Assembly (NCBI RefSeq): GCF_006345805.1
Contig: NC_043026.1
Span: forward strand, 496,001-560,000
From: Octopus sinensis
Taxonomy: Eukaryota
Direction: 5' to 3'
DNA: 64,000 nucleotides
Shown here: one piece after another, positions 38,715 to 52,985 of the stretch
Numbering within the stretch: the stretch's first letter is position 1
Layout: each line of letters opens with the position of its first letter
Notes under the pieces: generated by a model
Database searches by the model: none
What the model was told of the DNA's origin: nothing
What the model saw: only the letters and a program-made list of their open reading frames with translations
Made by a program: the position numbers and the translations under genes

Positions 38715-38776
38715 ACACGCACACACACACACGCACACACACGCACACACACACGCACACACACATACACACATAC

Positions 38777-38818
<42 letters not shown>

Positions 38819-39170
38819 ACACATTTATATATTAACATACATTTATTTATTGATACAGGTGTGTCCATAAGATTAATTTCCGTTCTATATCACAGCTAAT
38901 AATGTATCTGATAAGAAAAATAAAAAAGGATGCTTGTGCGAAATATATTTATGATTTAGACATATCTGCTTGACTGCGTCTAGATAATCATACATATCTT
39001 TAATACATATCTTTATCTCTAGCTGTTCATTAATACAAACTTATTCATCTTGTAGGGCTTTGAGATTACTGACTCGACCTATCGTCCATATGTGCGTGTG
39101 AGAGTACGTGAGAGTATAACAATGCACCCCACTCACACAAACGCACACTTACCAACATATATGAATACGG

Positions 39171-39220
<50 letters not shown>

Positions 39221-40468
39221 GTATGTGTATAGGTGTATATACATGCATATATATATATGCATATATACATACATACATACATATATATACATGTATATAT
39301 ATATTGTATATATATATATATGTGTATAGGTGTGTATATATGCATATATACATATATATATGCATATATATATATATATATATATGCGCGTGTGTGGGTA
39401 TGTGTGCGTATATATATATGCATGTGCATGCATGTATATGTAGGTGTATGTGTATGTATATATATATATATATGTATGCATATAAGTATGTGTTACTAGC
39501 ATATATGTATATTGTGCGTATATATATCTGTGTGCGTATGTGTATGTTTGTGTTTTTGCGCGCATGTGTATTTGATTAGCGTTATTTTTAGACACCAATC
39601 AGAATCATTAGCACAGAAACCCAAATACCCACAAAAAATATCCGGTGAAGTTTCCCTTTGAACTCTATTCAACCTTTAACATTTACCATCCATGCTTGTA
39701 CACACCATATCCACGTCCATACACAAACAGTTACATAGACAGAGGTATACGCACACATACGCTAAAACTACACGCATGGTCCGTAAATCTGTGCTACGTA
39801 TTCGTCTGTTAGAAGAGTAAATGATACTAAATGGATTTTCCACCGGTTTTCACAATGAATATTCCAGTTGTGTGGAGGCGTAATGGCCCAGTAGTTAGGG
39901 AAGCAGACTCGCGGTCGTAGGATCATGGTTTCGATTCTCAGACCAGGCAATGTGTTTATTGAGCGAAAACACCTATAGCTCCACGAGGCTCCGATAGGGG
40001 TTGGTGGTGAACCCTGCTGTATTCTTTCACCACAACTTTCTCTCACTCTTTATTCCCGTTTCTGTTGTACATGTATTTCAAAGGGCCAGCCTTGTCACAC
40101 TCTGTGTCACGCTGAATCTCCCCGAGAACTACGTTAAGGGTATACGTGTCTGTGGAGTGCTCAGCCACTTGCACGTTAATTTCACGAGCACGCTGTTCCG
40201 TTGATCGGATCAACTGGAACCCTCGTCATCGTAATCGACGGAGTGCCACGATTCCAGTTGTCCGATGAAGTGAAATGTTTATTTTTTCTACTCTAGGCAT
40301 AAGGCATTATGATTTTGAATCCAGCTGAAGTCATCTTTACTTTAAATTTTTGCCTTGATCGATAAATAAAGTATCAGTACTGAAATCAATACAATCAGTA
40401 AACTCCTCTCCTCGGATGCTGGTCTTGTGCATAAATCAAGGAGCGTTATATTCAAATAATTGTTTATA

Positions 40469-41721
40469 CAGGGGTTGGGCAAAATAATGGAAACACTTTA
40501 AAATTTCAGACAAATTTATTTTAATATGGAGTAGGACCACCTTTGGCAGTTATTACAGCTTGAATTCTATGAGATATAGACTCGTACGAAGTTTGAATTG
40601 TTTCCAAAGGAATTTTTGTCCATTCTTCGGCTAAAACAATTTCCAGTTCTTGTAGTGATGATGGTGGAGGATATCGACTCCTTACTTGTTTTTCTAAAAT
40701 GCACCATAATTGTCCAATAATATTGAGTTCTGGGGACTGTGGTGGCCAGATAAGATGTTAAACTTCACTAGAATGTTCCTCATGCCATTCAGTAACAACT
40801 TTTGCTGTGTGAATTGGTGCATTAACATTCTGAAAGATCGTTTCCCTCCGGAAACTGCTCCGCAACCATAGGATGAACTTGATCAGATGAAATATTTAAA
40901 TTGTCTTGACTATTAAATTCTACCATGAAAGGAAACCATTGGGCCGGCGGATTTCCAGGATATAGCCCCCTCCAGATCATCACAGATCATCCTCCATGTT
41001 TAACAGTTGGAAGAAGGCAGTCTGGGTCAAATGCTTCTTTTCGCTGTCTCCACATGTATATTCGGCCGGTGGACGGAAATAAGGTAAAGAATGACTCGCC
41101 CAAGAGAATAACATTTTCCCATTGCTCTAGGGACGAATTCTGAAGATTTTTACTCCACTCTAAAAGCTTTGCAACTTTTGTTTTTGAAAGTAGTGGTTTT
41201 CTGATTGCAGCCCTCCCGTGTAATCCGGCTTTGTGCAGCTCCCGGCGAACAGTTTTTGTGGAAACTGAGTTCTCGAGGTGGACATTAAGCTCTGCAGTAA
41301 TTTTGGGAGCTGTACTTTTGTGATCCTTTCTAACAATTCGTGTAAGAGTCTGACGGTCCCTATCTGAAAGTTTTGGTTTTCTCTCGGAGTTTTGTTTCGA
41401 CGAGGAGGTTTTTCTCTCTTTCTCAAAGGCTGTCATCACTTTCGAGACAGTACTTCTTGATACACTAAACATTTCGGTTGCTTTCGTTACGCTAGCGGCT
41501 GCCATACGAGCACTAACAATTAGATCTATCATTTTAATGAATTTTAATTTCCTTTTGCAGATGATATCTGAAAAGAAACAGCAATTTTAGCAAAACATAT
41601 TCAGCAACACTAATAATAAATCAAAAAACATAAAAATAAACAAGCTTTTGACGGTTTTATAGATGTTTCAAAATTATGATGCTAAGATGCTAGGTGTTTC
41701 CATTATTTTGTCCATCCCCTG
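40469..41721 (-). mobile_element. Tc1-like transposon, near full length, degenerate
   Basis: TIRs caggggttgggcaaataatggaaacac with TA flanks. Transposase reads VSTKTVRRELHKAGLHGRAAIRKPLL...WPPQSPELNIIGQLW, with frameshifts. Confidence 0.9.
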
Positions 41722-42419
41722 TATATCTTTTATCTTTTACTCGTTTTATGTGTAATTTGACTGCGGCCATGCTAGGGCACCGCCTTGAAGGGTTTTTTAG
41801 TCGAACAAATGGATCACAAGACTTAGTTTTTTAAAGCCTAGTACATATTTTATCTGTCTATTTTTACGAACTGTTAAGATACAGGGACATAAACACACCA
41901 ACATCGGTTGTCAAGACATGCATAAAAAGATACACACAATACATATATGCATACATACATGCATGCATACATGCAGGCATACATTTATACATATATATAC
42001 ACGACAGGCTTCTTTCAGTTTCCATCTACCATATCCACTCACAAGGCTTTGGTCGACCCAAGCTTATATTAGAAGACACTTGTCCAAAGTGCTACGCAGT
42101 GGGACTGAACCCAAAGCAATGTGGTTTGGAAGCAAGCTTCTTACCACACACCTACGTATGCGCCTATTATAGGCAGGATTTATTACTGAGTGATGGTAAT
42201 ATATTTTTTACGAATTCTAGAAATAAATTTGCGTTTTCTTAAATGGTTATCTCTATAACTTCACAGTAAGGTTGTTTGGCTTACTCATTGTTTCTTTGTT
42301 TTTCAAAAAGTTCTCACAACTATTTATTTATATACATGTATCTTTAGATACAAGTCATTAGACGGCGCGTGTGCGCATCTATCTGTCTGTCTGTCTATGC
42401 ATATATATATATGTATACA

Positions 42420-43630
42420 CAGATATGACACAAATAAATAGACACACTTATAATCATTAAAATTTATCTAAATCTGAAATTATACATTCAAAATATTTAT
42501 TAATTGTTATAATGTGAGTGTTTAATATTTAGTAGACATGCCCGATGTATTTTCCAATGCAAGGACACTATTAGGAATGTTACTGATCAGATAAATATTC
42601 TCTTGCGGAATATCTTGCCAAGTTTCATGCAGTAATCTCAAAACTCATGACTTTGAAGATGCTTCCTTGTGCTTTTTATGAAGTGTCCTGTCCATTATGT
42701 CCCAGAGGTGTTCAATAGGGTTCATATCTGATGACTGGCTTGCCCATGGAAGCTTTTTAATGCCATTCTCATCCAACAAATCTTGGGTCATTTTAGCCGT
42801 GTGACAAGGAGCTCAATCTTCCATAAATAAAGGGTCTTTAATCATTTCACCTTTGGAGAAGACTGGAAGGAGTCCTTTCTGAAATATGAACACATATGTA
42901 TCTGAGTTTATGTTTTCCCCACACTCTACCAGCTCTAATCAACCATTGTTCCACATTGCTCCCCAGGCCATCACAGAATAGCCGTCGTGTTTCATTGTTG
43001 GCTGCAATCTTTTCATATTAAGTTCTGCTTCGCAGAGTCTCCAGACTCACACTCGAACACTGTCAGGAAATACAGAGAATATGACAGTGCCCCAAAATGC
43101 TAGTGGCCTCTTCACCATCTCACTGGCTGAATCTTTTCTCCGCTTGATGTTGGCTGGTCGAAGAAATGGCTTCCTTCTTGCTGTTCTGCTATAGTAACCA
43201 AGTTTGTGAAGATACCTGACTGCTGTTCTGGGACTGACATCAACTTGTTCTGCTATGTCAGAGGCCTTGCAACGAGGATTATCCTCTACACTTCTCTTAA
43301 CAAAGAGAAGGATCCTGTCAGAGGGCCCTGGTTGATCTGGACGAGGTGATGTGGACTTATTCCTCTCTCTGGTGAATTTCACAATCACTCTATTAACTGA
43401 AGAAAGCGGGATCCCAAGGTTTCCTACGATTTTACGCTCACTATGTCCATCTTCAGAATGACCCACAATACGGTTTCTTTCAGACAATTCCAACGCTTCT
43501 TTTGTACATGCCATGATTAAACAGTCACATACAGAACCGGAAACAAAAAATGTGAATTAATAAAAGATATAAATCTTTGCAAGTTAGAATATAAAACGAT
43601 GCTTTATGGGGTGTCTATTTACTGCTGACA
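42420..43630 (-). mobile_element. Second Tc1-like transposon, degenerate
   Basis: VSPRTAVRYLHKLGYYSRTARRKPFL; C-terminal WASQSSDMNPIEHLW; degenerate TIRs containing taaatagacac. Confidence 0.8.
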
Positions 43631-44522
43631 TGTATGTATGTATGTATGTATGTATGTATGTATGTATGTATGTATGTATGTATTATGTATGTATGTATGT
43701 ATGTATGTATGCATGTATGTATGTATGAATGTATGTATGTTTGTATGTATGTATGTATGTATGTATGTATGTATGTATGTATGTATGTATGTATGTATGC
43801 ATGCATGCATGCATGCATGCATGTATGTATGTATGTATATATACAGTATATATGTATATATGCATGCATATATATACATGCATATATACATGCATACATA
43901 CATACGTACATATGTGAATTTGTCTATGCTAACTACATCCCAAAGATGGAGCTTTGTATCTTTTTTGGAAACCGGCTCTTTCCTCAGTGGAAGATATATA
44001 ATAATTAAAAATAGAAGACACATACAAACATACATACATACATCTATATAGGTGTGTGTATATATATATAATCACACATACACTCATATTGATAATCGTC
44101 TGATCATCATATAAAGCAGCTCTTTATAACATAAACATGTCGGCCTTTTAGACGTAGATATTTATTAAATATCTCAACACGGCAACTGGGTGGTCTGAAA
44201 TAAACTTGTATGCAGTCTTTTTTTTTATATAAATTAGTTGTACGAACTATAATACAATTGCTATAAGTCGTATCAATAACATATTAACATCTTGGAATAG
44301 TATTTGATGCTTTTATCGTGATTTATTTATACCTCCTCTTTGGTATTTCATAACACCTGTTGATGGAAGCCTTTTTTAGTGGTTAGTTTTCCTATTACAG
44401 CTTTACTGCATATCTCTCTTTTCCCAGGAGAATGTATATTCTTTATATCCATTACAAAATCCAGATATATGTCTGCACTTGTGTTTTGTGTATGCGCATG
44501 CGTATGTGATAATATGGTTATG

Positions 44523-44556
<34 letters not shown>

Positions 44557-44740
44557 TGTATGTATGTATGTATGTATGTATGTATGTATGTATCTCTCTC
44601 TGCTTGTATATGTATGTATATACGTCTGCATGTATATATGAATATATTCATGTTTCTTCAGGATTTGAATTCTGTTGCAGAATTCAAGCCACTCACTAAG
44701 TGGCAAGACACTTTTGTTTAAATTAAGTTAGCTCATGTGC

Positions 44741-45150
<410 letters not shown>

Positions 45151-45813
45151 AAGAGAGAGAGAGAGAGCACTTTGCTCTCATGTGTTTATTTCCTTCCTGC
45201 CTGAGGTTACCGTTGTCTTTTCTGTAGGCTTTTCTTTCCACGGATGAACCTAATCTTGTTTCTTTCTGTGATACACGATCCCTTTTGATCGCCTTTTTTT
45301 ACGATCCCTTTTGATCGGAATTTTACATTTGTTTCCTTTTTTTCTCTTTTTCTTTTTTTTTATCTTCGAAAAGAAAAGCTCTACATTTGTATTTGTTCCC
45401 GCTGTGTTCAGCCCTGTGTGGCCAATAGTATGTATGTATGTATGTATGTATGTATGTATGTATGTATGTATGTATGTATGTTTGTTTGCATGTATGTATG
45501 TATGTATGTATGTATGTATGTATGTATGTATGTATGTATGTATGTATGTCTCTGTCTGTCTGTTTCTCTCTCTGTATATGCATATATATAGCCGCAAGCG
45601 TGGCTGTGTGGTAATAAGCTTGCTTCCCAACCACATGATTTAGGCTTCATTCCCTCTGTGTGACATCTTGCGTGTGTTTTTCTATAGCCTCGAGTCAACC
45701 AAATCCTTGTGAGTGGATTTCGCGGCCGGAAACAGAAAGAAGCCCGTCGTACTAAAGGAATTTGAGCCAAACTGTTTGATCCACACACACACATATATGT
45801 ATATATATAATTA

Positions 45814-45849
<36 letters not shown>

Positions 45850-45896
45850 TTCATATATATATATACTTACACACACACACTCACACACACTCACAG

Positions 45897-45948
<52 letters not shown>

Positions 45949-47156
45949 CTGTGTGTGTCCTGTCTCTTTGTGTCTGTATTTGTTCCTCACCACCACTTGA
46001 CAACTGGTGTTGGTGTGCTTAGGTCCCCGTAACTAGCGGTTGGGCATAAGAAACCGATAGAATAGGTACGAGGCCTAACAAAAAAATACGTACTGAGATC
46101 TATTCATTCGACTAAAAAATTTTGAAGGCGATGCTGCAGTATGACCTCAGTCCATTGAGAGAAACAAGTAAACGATATACATATATACTTGTATTTATGT
46201 TGAAGTTGAAGCTTCAAACACTTGACTCTGAGAATGAAGAAAGCGTAAAACAAAAAAAAATTAGATATAGCACCCGATGTCCCTGAGGTGGGTTTCTTTT
46301 TCATATCTATGCGGTTGTTAAGGCGGCGAGCAGGCAGAAATGTTTAGCGGTATTTCATCTGCCGCTACGTTCTGAGTTCAAATTCCGCCGTGTTCGACTT
46401 TGCCTTTCATCTATTTTGGGTCGATTAAAGAAGTACCAGTTACGCACTGGGGTCGATATAATCGACTTAATCCGTTTGTCTGTCCTTGTTTGTTCTCTCT
46501 GTGTTCAGCCCCTTGTGGGTAGTAAAGAAATTGGTATTTCGTCTGCCGTTACGTTCTGAGTTCAAATTCCGCCGAGATCAACTTTGCTATTCATCATTTG
46601 GGGATTAATAAGTTAAGTACCAGTTGCGTAATGAGGTCGATCTAACCGACTGGCTATCTCCTCCAAAATTTAGAAGTAGAAGGCGGCGGCGTGTTGATAG
46701 AAACGTTAGCACGCCGGGCGAAATGCTTAGCGGTATTTCGTCTGATGTTACGTTCTGAGTTCAAATTCAGCCAAGGTATACTTTGCCTTTCATCCTTTCT
46801 GGAGTCGATAAATTAAATACTAGTTGCTTACTGAGGTCGATCTAATCGACTGGCCCTCTTCCCCAAATTTTCGAGTATTGTGCCTAGAATAAAAAAAAGC
46901 AACGTGTTGGCAGAATCGTTAGCACGCCGGGCAAATGCTTAGCGGTATTTCGACGGTCTTTACGTTCAGAGTTCAAATTCCGCCGAGGTCGAGTTTGCCT
47001 TTCATCCGTTCGGGGGTTATAAATTAAGTACCAGTTGCGTACTATGGTCGATTTAATCGACTGGCCCCTCCCCTAAAACTTCGGGTCTTGTGCCTAGAGT
47101 AGAAAATAATATCTGTACGGTTGTTAGTATAAATATTGACAATATGTTCTACTTGC

Positions 47157-47347
47157 CACAGCCTGACTCGGTCTTCAGGAATCCTACTTCACACAAATAT
47201 GTCAACTCTGGGTTGCCCTCAGATACGGCAGGTCCATAACTGGATTGTCCAACCACAATTCGGAATTGAGTATTTGTTAAAGCAACGACTGTACGATTAA
47301 CAGTCTTCCATAGTTCTGCTGTACCATTTACTCTTTCAACTGTATTC
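47157..47347 (-). CDS. Receptor gene exon: linker ending in CEVGFLKTESGC
   Basis: Acceptor gtatttccag|G, phase 2 to 1, 191 nt open (NTVERVNGTAELWKTVNRTVVALTNTQFRIVVGQSSYGPAVSEGNPELTYLCEVGFLKTESGC). Non-canonical donor TG|GCAAGT. Confidence 0.7.
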
Positions 47348-47438
47348 CTGGAAATACATACATATATTTACATACATTTGCATAAATGCATACATACATA
47401 CATACATACATACATACATACATACATACATACATACA

Positions 47439-47469
<31 letters not shown>

Positions 47470-48253
47470 GTATACGAGTTATAACCTCAGCGTCTGCTTT
47501 ATAAAGCCCGTCCACGAGTATCGGTTATCCGATACTCTCATCGAACGAAAATGTATCGCTTCACTATTGATATATCTGAAAATTCATAAATATCCGGTGA
47601 GTTTATATAAACAGTAACATTATATACTATCCCAGCAATAGACTCCTCGTAAAGCGGCGATGAAACAGTTATAGAATTCAAGTTCTATATTTGAGAGATG
47701 AGGAATTATGTACATTATTTACATTTGATGGATATTTGTACTCATCTTGTTTGTTACTGGAAGAATCGTTGGCACGCCGGGCGAAATGCTTAGCAGTATT
47801 TCGTCTGCCGTTACATTCTGGGTTCAAATTCCACCGAGGTTAACTTTGCCTTTCATCCTTTCGGGGTCGATTAAATAAGCACCAGTTACGCACTAGGATC
47901 GATGTAATCGACTTAATCCCTTTGTCTGTCCTTGTTTGTACCTTCTATATTGGGCAATGAAGAAATGAATATATGTCACCGGCATTATTGAGGTAAGGAA
48001 AAATTATCAACGACACCACTAATTTGCAATTAGTTTAACTATTTTTATTTTTATTTTTATTTTTTAAATTAAAACTTTTATTTCAATTCAATAATAATAA
48101 TAATCATAATTCAATCACAAAAATGAAAAAAAATTGAAATAATATTTAGAAATTTACTAAATTTATTATTCAATTTTCAATAAGGTAAAATCTTAAATTA
48201 TTAATTGACACATTATTAATTAGCATAATAGCTTACCCTGGAAAAAACATGGA

Positions 48254-48978
48254 TTACATGGAAAAATGCGAGCAAGACAAATAATATTCTTAAGATTACA
48301 AATCTGGAAAAGTAAAGGACAAGTTATTACACGTGGAAAAGTTCAGGACAAGTTATTACATCTGGTAAAGTACAGAACAAGAAAATTTTTACTTCAAATA
48401 TTGCAGCTAAGGATAAAATTTGAATATTAAAAATTATTTCATTTTAATTTACAAAGTAACATTATAATTAAAAAGGCAGCATCATTTAAAAAAAATATTG
48501 CCGCACTACAATACTTTGAAAATGAGTCAGAAGTACCAATATCGCTAAAGTTTTATGCAAAGCAGAATAGTATATATGGTAGACAAATTAATTATGTAAA
48601 AAAAGGCATCGAGTCAACTCTAAAAATGTGAAGACTTGGCAATAACTTAGGCAATAACTCAAGCAAATTCTACTGTGCATTTGTTGTTATAGGTGGGTTT
48701 TATTGTAATATATAACTAAGATTTGTATTATTCTATTTATTGTACTAAATGATTATGTACTACTATTTCTTATAACCTATTTTCATATCTCTAATTATTA
48801 ATTAATAATTTAAAAAATGAATTCTTTTATGTGCAAAAAATATATTTTGAGTTATTTAAAAAAAAATTTAATAGAAGTAACAAGTAATAACAAATAGGAA
48901 TAATAACTTGTCCTGTACTTTTCCAGGTTTATAATCTTAAGAACATTATTTTTCTAGCTCGCATTTTTCCATGTAATA
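48254..48978. mobile_element. AT-rich MITE with ~80-bp TIRs
   Basis: attacatggaaaaatgcgagc...ggacaagttatta mirrored at 48900-48978. A sub-terminal ggaaaag..caggacaagttattac motif is repeated. Confidence 0.7.
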
Positions 48979-49133
48979 CACACACACACACACACACACA
49001 CACTAACACACACATATATGTATATATATGCATAAGAGATTTTTTTGGGATTTGAAAACAAATTCTCTACATTTCAAATCCCAAAACAAATTCTCCTATA
49101 TTTATCCTGCGTGGGTATACACTTCTTCGCTCC

Positions 49134-49172
<39 letters not shown>

Positions 49173-49555
49173 AAATATAGTGCAAAATATGCAAAATATA
49201 AAAAGAAAATGCACAGAAATTTTATATTGGACAAAATATGTTTATAAAATATTTACATGGGCGACCATTTTTGCTTATGCATATCCTGACTAAGTAGTTA
49301 CTCATGATATTATAATTTCATGCTATCATAGTAAGTTTCCATTCTATGTTAGAAGGAGGATGGATATATAAATTTAATCCATTATGGCTAGTCTGACAAA
49401 ATATATATTCTCTTTCGTTAATGTCTTATGTATGTATGTATGTATGTATGTATGTATGTATGTATGTATGTATGTATGTATGTATGTATGTATGTATGTA
49501 TGTATGTATGTACGTATGTACGTATGTATGTTGTATGTATGTTGTATGTATGTTG

Positions 49556-49586
<31 letters not shown>

Positions 49587-49623
49587 GTGTGTGTGTATGT
49601 GTGTGTGTCTATCTATCTGTCGT

Positions 49624-49781
<158 letters not shown>

Positions 49782-49829
49782 ATTTATTTATTTATCTATA
49801 GGTATATGCCAAGATGAGAGGAGTATGCA

Positions 49830-50200
49830 GTGATATACATATGGAGGATCCTGGAGGAGCTGGTACCAAACTTTGGTACCGAGAGCTATAAAAGCCCCTG
49901 TCACTGCACTGTTTCAAAGGTCCCAGCTATTCCGTCTACAGTGAGGACCACGTACTGCAATAGTTTGGAATTCAAAGGTCCACAGTTATTAAACGTATTG
50001 CCAAAAGATCTGATGGATGTTCATGGAGTAGGGGTAGATAGTTTCAAGAAACAACTTGATCTGCTATCCCAGGTCCCAGATGAATCTATATCAATCTCAA
50101 AAGAAGGCAGAAGGGACGAGCTCCATCCTTCTCCAAAAACCAATTACGTAAGAATGGTCATTGAAAAGGTGAATTCACTAGCGGTGCTGCAGCCTAAGAG
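49830..50200 (+). mobile_element. CR1/L2-superfamily-like LINE 3' relic
   Basis: IYIWRILEELVPNFG...FKGPQLLNVLPKDL...DSFKKQLD. Same family as 55960-56440. Confidence 0.7.
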
Positions 50201-50448
50201 TTGAAACGTGTAAAAGAATTAAAGAATAAAAGAATATATATATTCTTTTACTTGTGTCAGTCATTTGACTGTGACCATGCTGGAGAACCGCCTTCAGTCG
50301 AGCACATCGACGCCAGGATTCTTTCTATCGGTCTCTTTGGTTGGCCCGAGGCTATAGTACAAGACACTTGCCCAAGGTGCCACGCAGTGCGACTGAACCC
50401 AGAACCATGTAGTTCGTAAGCAAGCTTCTTACCACACTGCCACTCCTA

Positions 50449-50500
<52 letters not shown>

Positions 50501-51092
50501 GTATGTACCTGTGTATAGAGCTATTTTCTTTCCTTTTGGAATCGCCAGCCCAACGTAATTCAATGCATATATACAAAGCTACGTTTTAACATTTTTAAGA
50601 AGCTAGGCAATTCTGATATATATAAAACTACATTATTCTGTTAGAAACAAAAACCAAATGAGATTTTCCAGTTATAACACTTATGTATCAAATTACCTCT
50701 TTTACCTTTCATTTCCGATTTTCATGGTGTTAAGTTGATGAACAAAACTGGCAGATTGCTGAGGCATTTGACTTTAACCCAAGTTACCTGGGTAAAGCAG
50801 AACATCTGCCCCATGGCTCAAAACTTTTAGTATTTAATTATTAATAATATACTGTAATTAAATATTAATAATTCTGCAATGCATTGAGTGCGTTTCATTT
50901 TGCTGATCCGATGGACAAGATAACAGTTCTCTCTCACTCTCTCTCTCACTCTCCACACACATGTACAGACACACGCGCGCACACACACACATACATACAT
51001 GCATACACACATACGTACATACAAAAATATATATATCATTATATATTTAAATATATATATATACATATATATATACATATGTATATATACAT

Positions 51093-51124
<32 letters not shown>

Positions 51125-51139
51125 GTATATATATATACA

Positions 51140-51191
<52 letters not shown>

Positions 51192-51192
51192 C

Positions 51193-51303
<111 letters not shown>

Positions 51304-51418
51304 TATGTATGCGCGCGTGTATATGCATGTATGTATATATGTTTGTGTATATATGCGTGTATATATACATATATATATACACATACACACTCACATACAT
51401 ATATGTATATATGCGCGC

Positions 51419-51458
<40 letters not shown>

Positions 51459-51519
51459 ATATATTTATATACACATGTGAGTATGTGTGTGTAACGATGC
51501 AAATGGTAATAATACTAAC

Positions 51520-51781
51520 TTGAGATTAATCTTCCATTGAAGATGCATCATCAGATTGAATTGTCCAATCGTCTGTTGGTTTCCTTCTGACGTATTGCTG
51601 CCATTACACGTTACCTGTACTTTGAAGGCAATAGGCGCCACAAGCTCGATGCTATGATCATTTACGATTCGATCTAGGACACTTTTCCGAACACCGTTGT
51701 TGAGAGTTTTATCCGAAGGTGAGCAACCGCCCTTGAGACGCAAGACGCTGCTTAACAATGCCGACGTATAGGGCCGCTTCT
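51520..51781 (-). CDS. Receptor gene exon: extracellular linker, part 1
   Basis: Acceptor aatttcag|AG, open for 262 nt ([22 protein letters not shown]...[13 protein letters not shown]), donor AA|GTTAGT. Phase 1 to 2 fits both neighbours. An alternative donor exists at 51614. Confidence 0.6.
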
Positions 51782-51862
51782 CTGAAATTCCATGTAACAC
51801 GTAATTTATGCAAGACAATAGCAAAAGTTCATGTTGAACAAAATGAAGGAATATTTTAAAAC

Positions 51863-51936
<74 letters not shown>

Positions 51937-52427
51937 GAGTGAGAGAGCAGTGCATGCCATCAAAGAAACACTGGGGTAAAATATATGAAACCCAGTATAC
52001 CCATCATGACTACCCGTCTGATAAGGGTACACTAGGCACATGCATCACAACCATATGTGCGCGACATGGTCATCTCATATCAAGATAAATATTACCTTGC
52101 AGGTGGGAGCCCAGTCAGAATTTTCTTCTGGTCGAGTAACCCATCCCATCCAAAAGGTTCCTGAATAAAGGTTGTTTAAGTATATTGAACGAAACACCCA
52201 TGTTTCCAAAGGTGAATTATCCAAACCTCTAAGAATTCCTTTCAACACATGGCTATGATGCTCCCCCACTACTTCTGCTCATGATCAGAGATGCACATAT
52301 CGTCAGCCACTAAGGGACATGCTCATCTGGTTAAGGTCGAAGAACTGACAAACAAATCTGTGGTACTGAGCAGAATATTTCCTGTAGCCCATCTTTTATA
52401 CCAAGACAACAATGTACATGATGAAGC

Positions 52428-52462
<35 letters not shown>

Positions 52463-52487
52463 GTATTAGTAGTATTAGTAGTAGTAT

Positions 52488-52519
<32 letters not shown>

Positions 52520-52779
52520 GTAGTATCATCATATTTTCAAACGATTTATGCTAGTTTTTACTGCAAGACCATTTTTACTTTCATGTTCCTAAGCTGAGTT
52601 CATCATTAAGCGCTCTTTGAGGGTGTTGTATTGTTTTTGTATGCTATATCAATTTTGCTTTATCGTCAGATATATTTTCTTGTTTCTGGTATTATTTAGA
52701 TATTTCAGCTGTTTCCTTTTTGATAGAACACGTTATAGTATCGGGTGTCGATAATGAAACAACGTGTGTTATTTTATTG

Positions 52780-52985
52780 GGCGGTGATTGTGTATATTAA
52801 GTGCTGTGTGGGTTGTGTTATTATTGGTTGATGTTTGTGTTTGCATATACAATGTACTGTGTGAGTTGTACTTTTGGATTTTGAAAGTATCTTGCAGAGG
52901 ATATGGGCAGTGCCTAACATGGCTATTTTTTTAACTGTCTGTAGAATTCTGAGCCCTGGTATTGTCATGTTTTGTTCACATCCTG
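52780..52985 (-). mobile_element. R4/Dong-type C-terminal fragment
   Basis: IPGLRILQTVKKIAMLGTAHILCKILS matches the C-terminus of ORF 6308-7114. Confidence 0.7.

Noticed and set aside
39687-39805. Minus-strand segment MRVVLAYVCVYLCLCNCLCMDVDMVC with good splice sites, resembling a signal peptide or VWC spacing
   Set aside because: The sequence is degenerate TG/TATG repeat, which yields C/V/Y/M by itself. Its phase-2 start does not fit the phase-1 end of the 47-kb exon.
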